Shown: positions 9,315-18,375, counted from the stretch's first letter. The stretch: DNA of 37,808 nt from an uncultured bacterium (GCA_903911455.1 CAIWDQ010000633.1:1-37808), one strand, 5' to 3'. Numbers and translations: made by a program. Notes: generated by a model not told the origin, from the sequence alone.

Positions 9315-10286
9315 ATGAAGAAAGTAAAAAAAGTAATCATGTACATCCTTATTGCAATCTTTGTTGTAATGATTGTGATGTTTTCTTACGTTAAATTTAT
9401 GCTTCCAAGCGTAGGAGCCCCCGAAAACCTGAAAGTAGAATCAACACCCGAAAGAATTGAAAGAGGAAAATATCTGGCTAATTGTGTTTGTGTGTGTATG
9501 GATTGCCATTCGACAAGAGACTGGACAAAATTTTCAGGACCTTTGGTAGATGGCACTCAAGGTAAGGGCGGTGAAGAGTTTAATCAGAAGTTTGGCTTCC
9601 CCGGAAGCTTTTTTGCTACCAACATTACCCCTTATGGCTTAAAAGATTGGACTGATGGTGAGATCTTACGTGCCATTTCAAGTGGTGTCAACAAAAAAGG
9701 GAAGGCCTTATTCCCTGTTATGCCTCATGGTAACTATGGTAAAATGGATAAGGAAGACCTGATGTCTATCATTGCGTACATTCGTACCTTAAAACCTATT
9801 GAAAACACTACTCCCGTGTCGAAAGCTGACTTCCCGATGAGCTTAATTATTAACACCATTCCTAAAAAGGCTTCTTTCTCGAAGATTCCTTACAAGAATG
9901 ATAAGTTAGCCTATGGTGCTTATCTTGTTAATGCAGCTTCTTGCACCGATTGTCATACCAAACAAGAAAAAGGAACTCCTGTTGCCGGTATGGAGTTTGC
10001 AGGTGGTAGCGAATTTCCTTTAGCTACAGGAGGTGTAGTACGTGCTCCTAATATTACACCTGATAAAGAAACAGGTATAGGTAATTGGGGTGAAGAAGAC
10101 TTTGTTAATAGATTTAAAGCCCTTGCCGACAGTAATTACAAGCCTGCTGTTATCAATAAAGGTGAGTTTAATTCGATGATGCCCTGGATGATGTATAAAG
10201 ATATGACGGTTGACGATCTAAAAGCTATGTATGCTTATTTAAAAACTGTAAAACCCGTTAAAAATACAGTTAAGACTTTTCAATAG
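9315..10286 (+). CDS. Membrane-anchored dihaem c-type cytochrome
   Basis: 323 aa with an N-terminal TM helix (VIMYILIAIFVVMIVMF) and two CXXCH haem-binding motifs (CMDCH and CTDCH). Confidence 0.8.
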   Translation: MKKVKKVIMYILIAIFVVMIVMFSYVKFMLPSVGAPENLKVESTPERIERGKYLANCVCVCMDCHSTRDWTKFSGPLVDGTQGKGGEEFNQKFGFPGSFFATNITPYGLKDWTDGEILRAISSGVNKKGKALFPVMPHGNYGKMDKEDLMSIIAYIRTLKPIENTTPVSKADFPMSLIINTIPKKASFSKIPYKNDKLAYGAYLVNAASCTDCHTKQEKGTPVAGMEFAGGSEFPLATGGVVRAPNITPDKETGIGNWGEEDFVNRFKALADSNYKPAVINKGEFNSMMPWMMYKDMTVDDLKAMYAYLKTVKPVKNTVKTFQ

Positions 10287-10310
10287 CATCTAATTGATTT
10301 ATAAAAGCTA

Positions 10311-10344
10311 AAAAGCCTTCCATTAATTTGAAAGGCTTTTTTTG
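10311..10344. terminator. Bidirectional terminator hairpin
   Basis: AAAAGCCTT (10311-10319) pairs with AAGGCTTTT (10332-10340), followed by a T-run. It lies between the convergent cytochrome c and rodA genes. Confidence 0.65.
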
Positions 10345-10400
10345 TTCATTATTTGTTGTCCAAGCCTCTTCCTCTTTTAGTCCCTAAATCTGATGTTGCC

Positions 10401-11660
10401 TTACAGCACATTCAACCTGTAGGAATCTTGCTTCACCAGGATGAAAAGTAAGATGGTAAACGACCACAAAGAGGAACCTCCGTAACTGAAGAAGGGCAAC
10501 GGGATGCCGATAACGGGGAGTAAACCCATCGCCATGCCTACATTAATAAAAATATGGATGAACAGAATGGATGCAACGCCGTAGCCATAAACACGCCCAA
10601 AGGCTGAGCGTTGCCGTTCGGATACATAAATGATCCTTAGTAAGAGTCCTATCATCAGAGTAACCACCGTGAAACTACCTATGAAACCCCACTCTTCGCC
10701 AACGGTGCAAAAGATGAAGTCGGTGCTTTGTTCGGGTACGAAATTATACTTTGTTTGAGTGCCTTGTAAATATCCTTTGCCCCAAAAGCCCCCCGATCCT
10801 ATCGCTATCTTCGATTGATTTACATTATAGCCGGCTCCCTGCAAATCTATATCTTTACCCAGCAACACATTAATCCTTACCCGTTGATGTTCTTCCAGGA
10901 TATGATTAAAGGCATAATCAACACTAAAGATAAAACCTGTAGTGATTACCAAAAAGGTTGCTATTGTAATGATCGCCTTCTTGTTTTTACGTGCAAAAAG
11001 GACTAATACAATCGCTATTGCCAACAACAATCCCACCAAGATCATCTTGTTGATAAGCAAGGTAAGTATAAATAAAAATGCGATAACTAAACCGAATATT
11101 AAGATGTTTCCGGATAAACCCTCGCGATATAAAACAAGAATAAAGCAGAAATAAACCAAGGCTGAGCCGGTATCATTTTGTAATAAGATCAATGAGGCGG
11201 GTATAGCTAAGATAATGATGGCATACATTCTCTGTTTGAAGTTCTTTATGTTGACGTCAACCGAACTTAAATACTTTGCAAGTGCAAGATTGGTAGCAAA
11301 CTTTGCAAACTCTGACGGTTGAAGCTTAAAGCTCCCTATCTCGAACCATGAAACGGCTCCTTTTGTTGCCTTACCGGCAACAATAACAGCTATTAAGAGC
11401 AATATAAAGAAGCCATAGATACCATAAGCAAACTGGGAGAAGAATCGGATGTCGATAGCCATGATAAGTAAAGCAATAAACAATGCAGTGCCTACCCAAA
11501 CCAATTGTTTACCATAGCTCTTCTGAAAGTCAAAGATGCTTTTGTGAGCCTCGTCGTACACAGCCGCATGGATGTTGAGCCAACCCATCAGTACAAGCAG
11601 AAGGAAGATGATTACGATCGGCCAGTCGATATTACCTAATATACTTTTTTGTTCTCTCAA
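10401..11660 (-). CDS. rodA: Rod shape-determining protein RodA (SEDS family peptidoglycan polymerase)
   Basis: 419 aa, polytopic membrane protein with FtsW/RodA/SpoVE-type sequence. It follows the PBP2 gene directly, with a TTGA start/stop overlap. Only a TTG start is available. Confidence 0.9.
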   Translation of the reverse strand: MREQKSILGNIDWPIVIIFLLLVLMGWLNIHAAVYDEAHKSIFDFQKSYGKQLVWVGTALFIALLIMAIDIRFFSQFAYGIYGFFILLLIAVIVAGKATKGAVSWFEIGSFKLQPSEFAKFATNLALAKYLSSVDVNIKNFKQRMYAIIILAIPASLILLQNDTGSALVYFCFILVLYREGLSGNILIFGLVIAFLFILTLLINKMILVGLLLAIAIVLVLFARKNKKAIITIATFLVITTGFIFSVDYAFNHILEEHQRVRINVLLGKDIDLQGAGYNVNQSKIAIGSGGFWGKGYLQGTQTKYNFVPEQSTDFIFCTVGEEWGFIGSFTVVTLMIGLLLRIIYVSERQRSAFGRVYGYGVASILFIHIFINVGMAMGLLPVIGIPLPFFSYGGSSLWSFTILLFILVKQDSYRLNVL

Positions 11661-13474
11661 TGTAGTGACATTAAATTAGCGTTGATCATTCGTTCTTCCA
11701 AATCGGTTCTTTTAACCTTTCGGGTAAGATATTTCTCTATCATTAAACTTGATATAGGTGCAGCCCATACTCCTCCGAAACCAGCATTCTCAATATAAAC
11801 AGCAATAGCAATCTTAGGATTGTTCATAGGAGCAAATGCAATGAAAACAGAGTGATCCTGTCCCTGTGGGTTCTGAGCTGTCCCCGTTTTACCACAAACT
11901 ATGATACTGTCCATTCTTGCTCCCGATGCAGTTCCCCCAGGCTCGTTTACAACCTCGTACATGGCATCTGCAACTATCTTGAAGTATCTGTCGGCAACCT
12001 TAGTCATGTGTTTAACTTTATATTCGGGGTTAGTAATCTTTTCTTTACCTACATATTTAATGAGATGGGGAGAAAAGTAAAAGCCCCTGTTAGCAAAGAT
12101 AGCAGCTATGTTAGCCATCTGTAAAGGGATAATACCTACCTCGCCCTGCCCGATACTTAAGGAATAAATTGTGCTGAAAGCCCACTGATGTTCACCATAT
12201 CTGTGATTATAAAAGACTGATGATGGAATAAATCCTTTCTTTACATTTGGCAAATCAATACCTAATCTATTACCCAAGCCAAAGCTGGTAACTTTATCAT
12301 ACCATTGATTTAAACCTAACTCACTATCAATAAAACGATCTTTAGATTGATTGTGCTGGATAATCCTCCTGAATACCTGATAGAAATAAGGATTGCACGA
12401 CATCTTAATTGCACTCTTTACATTGGTAGCACTAGGGTGATTATGACAACCTACAAGAGATTTATCACAAGGGAAACCTGTATTTTCAGTAATCACACCT
12501 TCGTCAAGGGCAACCAAAGACTGGACTATCTTAAAGATAGAACCCGGAGGATACAATGCCATCAAAGCTCTGTCAAATAATGGTTTCACAGGGTCGTTAA
12601 GTAACTTTGCATAGTTGTTTCCTCTAACACGTCCAACTAATAGATTAGGATCATAACTAGGACTTGATATCATTGCAAGTATCTCGCCGGTAGTAGGGTC
12701 AATTGCAACAATACTTCCACGTTTGTTTTTCATCAGTTTCTCACCATACACCTGAAGTTCGGCATCAAGAGATGAATAAAGATCTTTGCCGGCAACAGCA
12801 ATAGTATCATACATTCCATTCCTGAAACTTCCCTTTTCGCGGTTGAAAACATCAACCATCATTATCCTTGAGCCTTTGTTTCCTCTTAAGTAACTTTCAT
12901 AATACTTCTCAAGGCCACTCATACCAACATAATCGCCCGATTTATAATACGGGTCTTTTAATGTTAACTCTTCGTTTACTTCACCAATATAACCTAATGT
13001 ATGAGCAGCCACAGGATCAGGGTATTTCCTTAAGGTACGTGTCTGAACAAAGAAACCTCTGTATTTATAAAGTTTCTCCTGTATATAGCCGTAGCTTTCC
13101 TTTGATATCTGCTTCTCAAAAATAGATGCAGAATAAGGAGAGTATTCTCTGGCTTTATCAAGCTTCTGAATAAAATCATCTTTGGTAATGCCTACAAGAT
13201 TGCATAGTTCCAGAGTGTCAATCTCCTTTACCTGCTTTGGAATGACCATAAGATCATAAACCACCTCGTTATATACAAGGAGTTTTCCATTGCGGTCAAA
13301 TATCAAGCCTCTTGCGGGATATTGGGTAACAACACGGAGAACATTCCTGTTGGCCGACAGTATGTAACTGTCATCAATAATCTGGAGATAGAATAAACGG
13401 GCAATAAATATAATCCAAACAACTATAAATATAGCTGAAACAGTAAATTGTCTATTACTATAGGATTTCTTCAT
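11657..13474 (-). CDS. mrdA: Penicillin-binding protein 2 (elongasome transpeptidase)
   Basis: N-terminal TM anchor plus transpeptidase motifs SIFK (SxxK), SCN (SxN) and KTGT. It is adjacent to rodA. The ORF track begins at a GTG (13480). The ATG two codons later (13474, MKKSYS...) is preferred. Confidence 0.9.
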   Translation of the reverse strand: MKKSYSNRQFTVSAIFIVVWIIFIARLFYLQIIDDSYILSANRNVLRVVTQYPARGLIFDRNGKLLVYNEVVYDLMVIPKQVKEIDTLELCNLVGITKDDFIQKLDKAREYSPYSASIFEKQISKESYGYIQEKLYKYRGFFVQTRTLRKYPDPVAAHTLGYIGEVNEELTLKDPYYKSGDYVGMSGLEKYYESYLRGNKGSRIMMVDVFNREKGSFRNGMYDTIAVAGKDLYSSLDAELQVYGEKLMKNKRGSIVAIDPTTGEILAMISSPSYDPNLLVGRVRGNNYAKLLNDPVKPLFDRALMALYPPGSIFKIVQSLVALDEGVITENTGFPCDKSLVGCHNHPSATNVKSAIKMSCNPYFYQVFRRIIQHNQSKDRFIDSELGLNQWYDKVTSFGLGNRLGIDLPNVKKGFIPSSVFYNHRYGEHQWAFSTIYSLSIGQGEVGIIPLQMANIAAIFANRGFYFSPHLIKYVGKEKITNPEYKVKHMTKVADRYFKIVADAMYEVVNEPGGTASGARMDSIIVCGKTGTAQNPQGQDHSVFIAFAPMNNPKIAIAVYIENAGFGGVWAAPISSLMIEKYLTRKVKRTDLEERMINANLMSLH

Positions 13475-13541
13475 TGCCACATGAAAGGTCTATCTTAATT
13501 GATATAATGATTGCTTAAATTATAATTAGGATTCAATTAGC

Positions 13542-15452
13542 TTACCAACGTTTTTTCTTTGGTTTGCCTTTGTCTTTATCTCTGAAATCGCTTTTGGTAT
13601 CTTTCTTAAACTCTTTCTTTTTGCCTGTACCACCACCATAGCTTCTTTCGCTGCCAGAATCTCTGCTACTGCCGCCACCATAGCCTCTTTCGCTACCGGC
13701 ATCTCTGCTACTGCCACCGCCATAACTTCTTTCTCTACTACCGCTATCTCTGGTGCTACCGCCGTCACTTCGTCTGTCGCTTCTTTTTCTATCGCCACCG
13801 CCAAAACCTCTATCTCTGTCTCTTCCGCCTCCACCTCTATCGGTTTTCTTGTTGGCTACTTCAATACTTACTTTGCGTGATTGATATTTAACATCGTTTT
13901 TGAAAGCAGTAAGAAGCTGTTCAAGATAGTTAGCATCTACTTCAAAGAATGAGAAAGTGTTTAGAATTTCTATTCTTCCAATTCTCATGTCTCTAACATG
14001 CATTACGTCGTTAACCAATCCGATAAGGTTTTGAGGAGCTATGCCATCAATCTTACCAATATTAATAAACAAACGAACAAACTCTTCACCACCTCTTCTT
14101 GGTTCGCCACTACTGTCATGTCTTTCTTCAACATTTAGATCCGGAGCATTACGATAGTAATTAATAAAACGATTGAATTCAACAGAAACAAATCTTTTAA
14201 TAAGTTCTTCTTTGCTTAACCAATCTAATTTTTGATTAATGACAGGTAAGAATTTATTGATCTCTTCTTCATTCACAACAACAGTTTCCATCTTGTTAAT
14301 CATATGGAAAAGTTGCTTCTCACAAACTTCTTTACCTGAAGGAATCTTAGCATATTTAAAAGTCTTTCCTAAAGATCTTTCAAGTTGTTTTACTTTATGC
14401 TTTTCGCGAAGGTTAAGGATTGCTATTGATATACCTGACTTATCCGCTCTTCCTGTTCTACCACTACGATGTGTATATTGTTCAATTTCGTCGGGGAGAT
14501 TATAATTAATAACATGTGTAAGATCGTCTACATCCAGACCTCTTGCTGCAACGTCTGTTGCCACTAACATCTGTAGATTACGTAATCTGAATTTGTTCAT
14601 AACATTATCGCGTTGTAATTGCGACAAATCACCATGTAAAGCATCAGCATTATAACCATCTTTAATTAATTGATCGGCTACTTCCTGAGTTTCCGCTCTT
14701 GTACGGCAGAAGATGATAGCATATATATCTGGATAAAAATCTGCGATACGTTTCAACACAAGATATCTTTGACGAGCCTGTGACAGATAATAATAATGTT
14801 TCACATTTTCGGAACCAGAGTTACGTGTGCCTACAGTTATCTCAACTGGATGATCCATATATCCTCTTGCGATCTTTTCTATTTCAACTGGCATAGTTGC
14901 TGAAAAAAGTAAAGTATTCTTTTCTTTAGGAGTTTCCTCAAGAATACTATTCATGTCGTCCTGAAAACCCATGTCAAGCATTTCATCGGCTTCATCAAAC
15001 ACAACATATTTAAGTTTTGAAAGGTTTATTTTACCCCTTCTCATAAGGTCTAACATACGGCCAGGGGTTGCTACAATTATATGCACCCCTCTTGATAGCT
15101 GTTTGATTTGATTATCTATACTGGCTCCACCATACACAGGTATCACCCTAAAGTTATCAATGTATTTAGTATAATCTTTAATGTCGTTAGCAATTTGCAT
15201 ACATAGTTCGCGGGTAGGGCAAAGTATTAATGCTTGAGTAAACGAACTTTCTTTATCTATTTTCTGTATTAAAGGTAATCCGAAAGCTGCGGTTTTACCT
15301 GTACCGGTTTGTGCTAATGCAACGAGGTCGGTATCCATTTCTAATAAGACAGGTATCACTGCTTCCTGAACAGGCATCGGTTTTTCAAATCCCATTTCCG
15401 ATATGGCTTTAAGTACTCTGGAATCAATGCCCAGTTCTTCAAATGTTTTCAT
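13542..15452 (-). CDS. DEAD-box ATP-dependent RNA helicase with DbpA-type RNA-binding domain and a Gly/Ser/Arg-rich tail
   Basis: Q motif GFEKPMPVQ, motif I AQTGTGKT, PTRELC, DEAD, SAT and HRSGRTGR are all present. A DbpA-like domain (RLFINIGKIDGI...) is followed by a low-complexity basic tail. Confidence 0.93.
   Translation of the reverse strand: MKTFEELGIDSRVLKAISEMGFEKPMPVQEAVIPVLLEMDTDLVALAQTGTGKTAAFGLPLIQKIDKESSFTQALILCPTRELCMQIANDIKDYTKYIDNFRVIPVYGGASIDNQIKQLSRGVHIIVATPGRMLDLMRRGKINLSKLKYVVFDEADEMLDMGFQDDMNSILEETPKEKNTLLFSATMPVEIEKIARGYMDHPVEITVGTRNSGSENVKHYYYLSQARQRYLVLKRIADFYPDIYAIIFCRTRAETQEVADQLIKDGYNADALHGDLSQLQRDNVMNKFRLRNLQMLVATDVAARGLDVDDLTHVINYNLPDEIEQYTHRSGRTGRADKSGISIAILNLREKHKVKQLERSLGKTFKYAKIPSGKEVCEKQLFHMINKMETVVVNEEEINKFLPVINQKLDWLSKEELIKRFVSVEFNRFINYYRNAPDLNVEERHDSSGEPRRGGEEFVRLFINIGKIDGIAPQNLIGLVNDVMHVRDMRIGRIEILNTFSFFEVDANYLEQLLTAFKNDVKYQSRKVSIEVANKKTDRGGGGRDRDRGFGGGDRKRSDRRSDGGSTRDSGSRERSYGGGSSRDAGSERGYGGGSSRDSGSERSYGGGTGKKKEFKKDTKSDFRDKDKGKPKKKRW
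13638..13763 (-). repeat. In-frame 42-bp tandem repeat x3 inside the helicase tail
   Basis: It encodes GGSTRDSGSRERSY / GGGSSRDAGSERGY / GGGSSRDSGSERSY. Confidence 0.85.
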
Positions 15453-15479
15453 TTCTTTTATTGTAAATATTTAAGTTTG

Positions 15480-15487
15480 CAAAGGTA
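15480..15487 (-). promoter_or_regulatory. Candidate -7 box (TACCTTTG on the minus strand) for the helicase gene
   Basis: The plus strand reads CAAAGGTA, 28 nt upstream of the ATG at 15452. Confidence 0.45.
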
Positions 15488-15657
15488 ATATAAATCTTTG
15501 GTTATCTGAAAAATATTTTCCTTAAAGATTCATAACTAAACTGAAAAAGGCTTTGAGTATACAATTTAGATTAGCTAAAGCTGATTTTAAGTTAATAATG
15601 AAGGTTCTCCATGTCTTTTTAACATTCAATACTTACTCTTCTTTTCATTTTTAATAA

Positions 15658-15682
15658 TTATTCACACACAGAGTGTGAATAA
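15658..15682. promoter_or_regulatory. Perfect 10-bp inverted repeat, candidate operator in the cysDN promoter
   Basis: TTATTCACAC-acaga-GTGTGAATAA ends 6 nt upstream of the cysD -7 box, so it covers the expected -33 region. Confidence 0.4.
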
Positions 15683-15687
15683 ATTTA

Positions 15688-15695
15688 TAATTTTG
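15688..15695 (+). promoter_or_regulatory. Candidate -7 box (TAATTTTG) for cysDN
   Basis: It matches TAnnTTTG and lies 60 nt upstream of the ATG at 15755. Confidence 0.5.
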
Positions 15696-15754
15696 CAAAT
15701 CTAATATTAATCACAAACAACTTATTGCAGAGGAGTCCAATTTATAAACAGAGC

Positions 15755-16660
15755 ATGGAGAATTACAGACTAAATCACTTACGAGAACTTGAATCTGAAT
15801 CAATATATGTTATCAGAGAGGTGGCGGCTCAGTTTGAGCGTCCAGTAATGTTATTTTCGGGTGGTAAAGATTCTATTGTTATGGTTCATCTGGCTCGCAA
15901 GGCTTTCGCTCCAGCTAAACTTCCTTTCCCTTTATTACATATAGATACAGGTCACAATTTTCAGGAAACACTTGACTATCGTGATGATCTTGTTAAGAAA
16001 ATAGGTGCGCAATTAATTGTAGGTTCGGTTCAGGAATCTATAGATCAGGGCAGAGCTGTTGAGGAAAAAGGTTATAATGCAAGTAGAAATGTATTGCAAA
16101 CTGTGACTTTATTAGATACTATTGAGAAACATAAGTTTGATGTTGCTATGGGTGGTGCTCGTCGTGATGAGGAGAAAGCAAGGGCTAAAGAGCGTTTCTT
16201 TTCTCATAGAGATGAGTTCGGACAATGGGATCCTAAAAACCAGCGCCCTGAGTTATGGAATATCTTTAACGGGCGCAAGAATATGGGCGAACATTTCCGC
16301 GTGTTCCCTATCAGCAACTGGACTGAAATGGATGTTTGGCAATATATCTTATTAGAGCAAATAGAAATGCCAAGTATCTATTATACCCACCAAAGGGAAG
16401 TTTTTTGTAGAGATGGCAATTGGCTTGCAGTTGCTCCTTTTATGAAATTAAAGGATTCCGAAAAGGTAGAACTTAAAACAGTTCGTTGTCGTACTATTGG
16501 CGATATTACCTGCACAGGTTTAACTTTATCTACAGCTAATTCATTAGAAGAAATAATTGACGAAATAGCTGCAACAAGAGTTACCGAACGTGGTAGTCGC
16601 TGGGACGACAAACGCTCGGATGCTGCTATGGAAGACCGTAAAAAAGAAGGATACTTCTAA
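15755..16660 (+). CDS. cysD: Sulfate adenylyltransferase subunit 2
   Basis: MENYRLNHLRELESESIYVIREVAAQF matches the canonical CysD N-terminus, and the PP-loop SGGKDS is present. The ORF-track TTG at 15725 is probably not used, so the ATG at 15755 is taken as the start. Confidence 0.93.
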   Translation: MENYRLNHLRELESESIYVIREVAAQFERPVMLFSGGKDSIVMVHLARKAFAPAKLPFPLLHIDTGHNFQETLDYRDDLVKKIGAQLIVGSVQESIDQGRAVEEKGYNASRNVLQTVTLLDTIEKHKFDVAMGGARRDEEKARAKERFFSHRDEFGQWDPKNQRPELWNIFNGRKNMGEHFRVFPISNWTEMDVWQYILLEQIEMPSIYYTHQREVFCRDGNWLAVAPFMKLKDSEKVELKTVRCRTIGDITCTGLTLSTANSLEEIIDEIAATRVTERGSRWDDKRSDAAMEDRKKEGYF

Positions 16661-16715
16661 AACAAATCTTATCAAACTAAATAAAGTACAAATCTAAATC
16701 AATACAATTAATACT

Positions 16716-17990
16716 ATGGAAAGCTTTTCGCACAATGGTTATCTTGATATGGAACTGCTGCGTTTTACCACTGCGGGTAGTGTTGACGATGGTAAAAGTA
16801 CGCTTATCGGTAGGTTATTGTATGATAGTAAATCAATATTTGAAGATCAATTGGAGGCTGTCAAAAAGGCAAGCATTCAGAAGGGTAACGATTATATAAA
16901 TCTGGCTTTATTAACCGACGGACTTCGTTCGGAACGCGAACAGGGCATTACTATTGATGTTGCCTATCGTTATTTCGCCACTCCAAAACGCAAGTTCATT
17001 ATTGCCGATACTCCCGGCCATGTGCAGTACACACGCAACATGGTTACAGGGGCTTCCACTGCCAATGCTGCCTTAATTCTGATTGATGCCCGCAATGGTG
17101 TAACCGAGCAAACGCACCGCCATACTTATATTGCGTCGCTGTTGCAGATACCTCATATTATTGTTTGTATTAATAAAATGGATCTGGTTGATTACGATCA
17201 GAAGACTTATGAAGAGATTCGTGATAAGTTTGCTCAGTTTGCTCAGACTATTGATGTAAAAGATTTTTTATTTGTGCCGATAAGTGCTTTAAAAGGGGAT
17301 AATGTTGTGGATGCTTCCGCAAATATGCCTTGGTATGATAATGGTACTTTGATGGAAATCCTGGAGACTTTGCATATTGAGAATGATTATAACTTTACGG
17401 ATGCCCGTTATCCGGTTCAGTACGTTATTCGTCCGCTAACTGATGAGCACCACGATTATAGGGGTTATGCAGGCAGGGTTGCAGGAGGTGTTTTTAATAA
17501 AGGTGATGAAGTTATAGTGTTGCCTTCGGGTATCAAATCTAAGATAAGTTCTATTGATACTTTTAATGGTGAGATTGATAAAACCTTCCCTCCAATGTCC
17601 GTTTCGCTTTCGCTCACAGATGATATTGATATTTGCAGAGGCGATATGATTGCCAAGCCTGATAATATGCCCGAAGTTAGTCAGGATATTGAGGCAACTA
17701 TCTGTTGGATGAATCAAAAGCCTTTGAATACTTCGCGTAAATATGTGTTGATGCACACCAGCAACGAAGTGAAATGTATGGTTAAAGAAATTATCTGCAA
17801 AGTCAACGTTAATACTCTTGAAGAGATTATTGATGATAAAGAAGTAGGATTAAATACCATTGCCAAAGTAAAAATAAGAACAACCAAGCCATTAATTTTT
17901 GATGCCTATAAACGCAATCGTGTAACAGGTAGTTTTATTCTTATTGACGAAGCCACTAACGAAACTATTGGGGTAGGGATGATTTCTTAG
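16716..17990 (+). CDS. cysN: Sulfate adenylyltransferase subunit 1 (GTPase), without a fused APS kinase domain
   Basis: 424 aa with GTPase motifs GSVDDGKST, DTPGH and NKMD. It lies directly downstream of cysD. Confidence 0.93.
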   Translation: MESFSHNGYLDMELLRFTTAGSVDDGKSTLIGRLLYDSKSIFEDQLEAVKKASIQKGNDYINLALLTDGLRSEREQGITIDVAYRYFATPKRKFIIADTPGHVQYTRNMVTGASTANAALILIDARNGVTEQTHRHTYIASLLQIPHIIVCINKMDLVDYDQKTYEEIRDKFAQFAQTIDVKDFLFVPISALKGDNVVDASANMPWYDNGTLMEILETLHIENDYNFTDARYPVQYVIRPLTDEHHDYRGYAGRVAGGVFNKGDEVIVLPSGIKSKISSIDTFNGEIDKTFPPMSVSLSLTDDIDICRGDMIAKPDNMPEVSQDIEATICWMNQKPLNTSRKYVLMHTSNEVKCMVKEIICKVNVNTLEEIIDDKEVGLNTIAKVKIRTTKPLIFDAYKRNRVTGSFILIDEATNETIGVGMIS

Positions 17991-17995
17991 GAAGA

Positions 17996-18035
17996 GGGAT
18001 TGGGCGATTTGGTGATTTGGCGAATTGGTGATTTT
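17996..18035 (+). repeat. Short tandem repeat (8-bp unit GGYGAWTT, about 4.5 copies) starting 6 nt after the cysN stop
   Basis: gggatt-GGCGATTT-GGTGATTT-GGCGAATT-GGTGATTT-t. Confidence 0.8.
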
Positions 18036-18048
18036 AAAAGAAGACAAT

Positions 18049-18080
18049 CGTCATTGCGAGGAGGAACGACGAAGCAATCT
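18049..18080 (+). repeat. 32-nt dispersed repeat box CGTCATTGCGAGGAGGAACGACGAAGCAATCT
   Basis: 31/32 identical to the reverse complement of 28791-28822. It is a REP-like noncoding element. Confidence 0.85.
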
Positions 18081-18195
18081 AATTATTGAAGTTGTATTTA
18101 GCAAATTGGCAATAGGGAGATTTTAAAAAGAAGGTATTTCATCTAAACATTTCATTAAAGGCAATCTAATAACACATTTTTAATTAAAACACCTA

Positions 18196-18375
18196 TTCTG
18201 GGAAATCCCCACAGGCGATCACTACATAATTTTCTAATTATGGGCGACGCATAAAGCGAATATTATGTAGTTTTCTACTTATGGGCGGTGCATAAAACGA
18301 ATATTATGAAGTTTTCTACTAATGGGTGGTGCATAAAGCGAATATTATATAAATTTTGCTTCTGGGAAATCCCCA
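18196..18375. repeat. 41-bp tandem repeat x3 (18228-18350) framed by 16-bp direct repeats TTCTGGGAAATCCCCA
   Basis: Units are AATTTTCTAATTATGGGCGACGCATAAAGCGAATATTATGT / AGTTTTCTACTTATGGGCGGTGCATAAAACGAATATTATGA / AGTTTTCTACTAATGGGTGGTGCATAAAGCGAATATTATAT. The framing repeats at 18196-18211 and 18360-18375 are 164 bp apart, which is 4 x 41. The unit length is not a multiple of 3. Confidence 0.85.

Noticed and set aside
13526-13834. 102-aa ORF (MEAEETEIEVLAVA...) overlapping the helicase 3' end in another frame
   Set aside because: It is a low-complexity Ala/Glu/Val translation generated by the 42-bp tandem repeat. The helicase frame is continuous and clearly the real one.
15725-15754. N-terminal extensions from non-ATG or upstream starts in the ORF track: cysD TTG 15725, dut 26077, methyltransferase TTG 26141, receptor 31253, lipoprotein 35348, TPR TTG 24466, PBP2 GTG 13480
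   Set aside because: In each case an internal ATG gives a canonical N-terminus or signal peptide. For dut, the methyltransferase and the lipoprotein, a TAnnTTTG box also lies inside the extension.
18228-18350. Possible CRISPR array (regularly spaced repeats of about 41 bp)
   Set aside because: The whole 41-bp unit repeats head to tail with no unique spacers between repeats. There are only three copies and no cas genes in the window.
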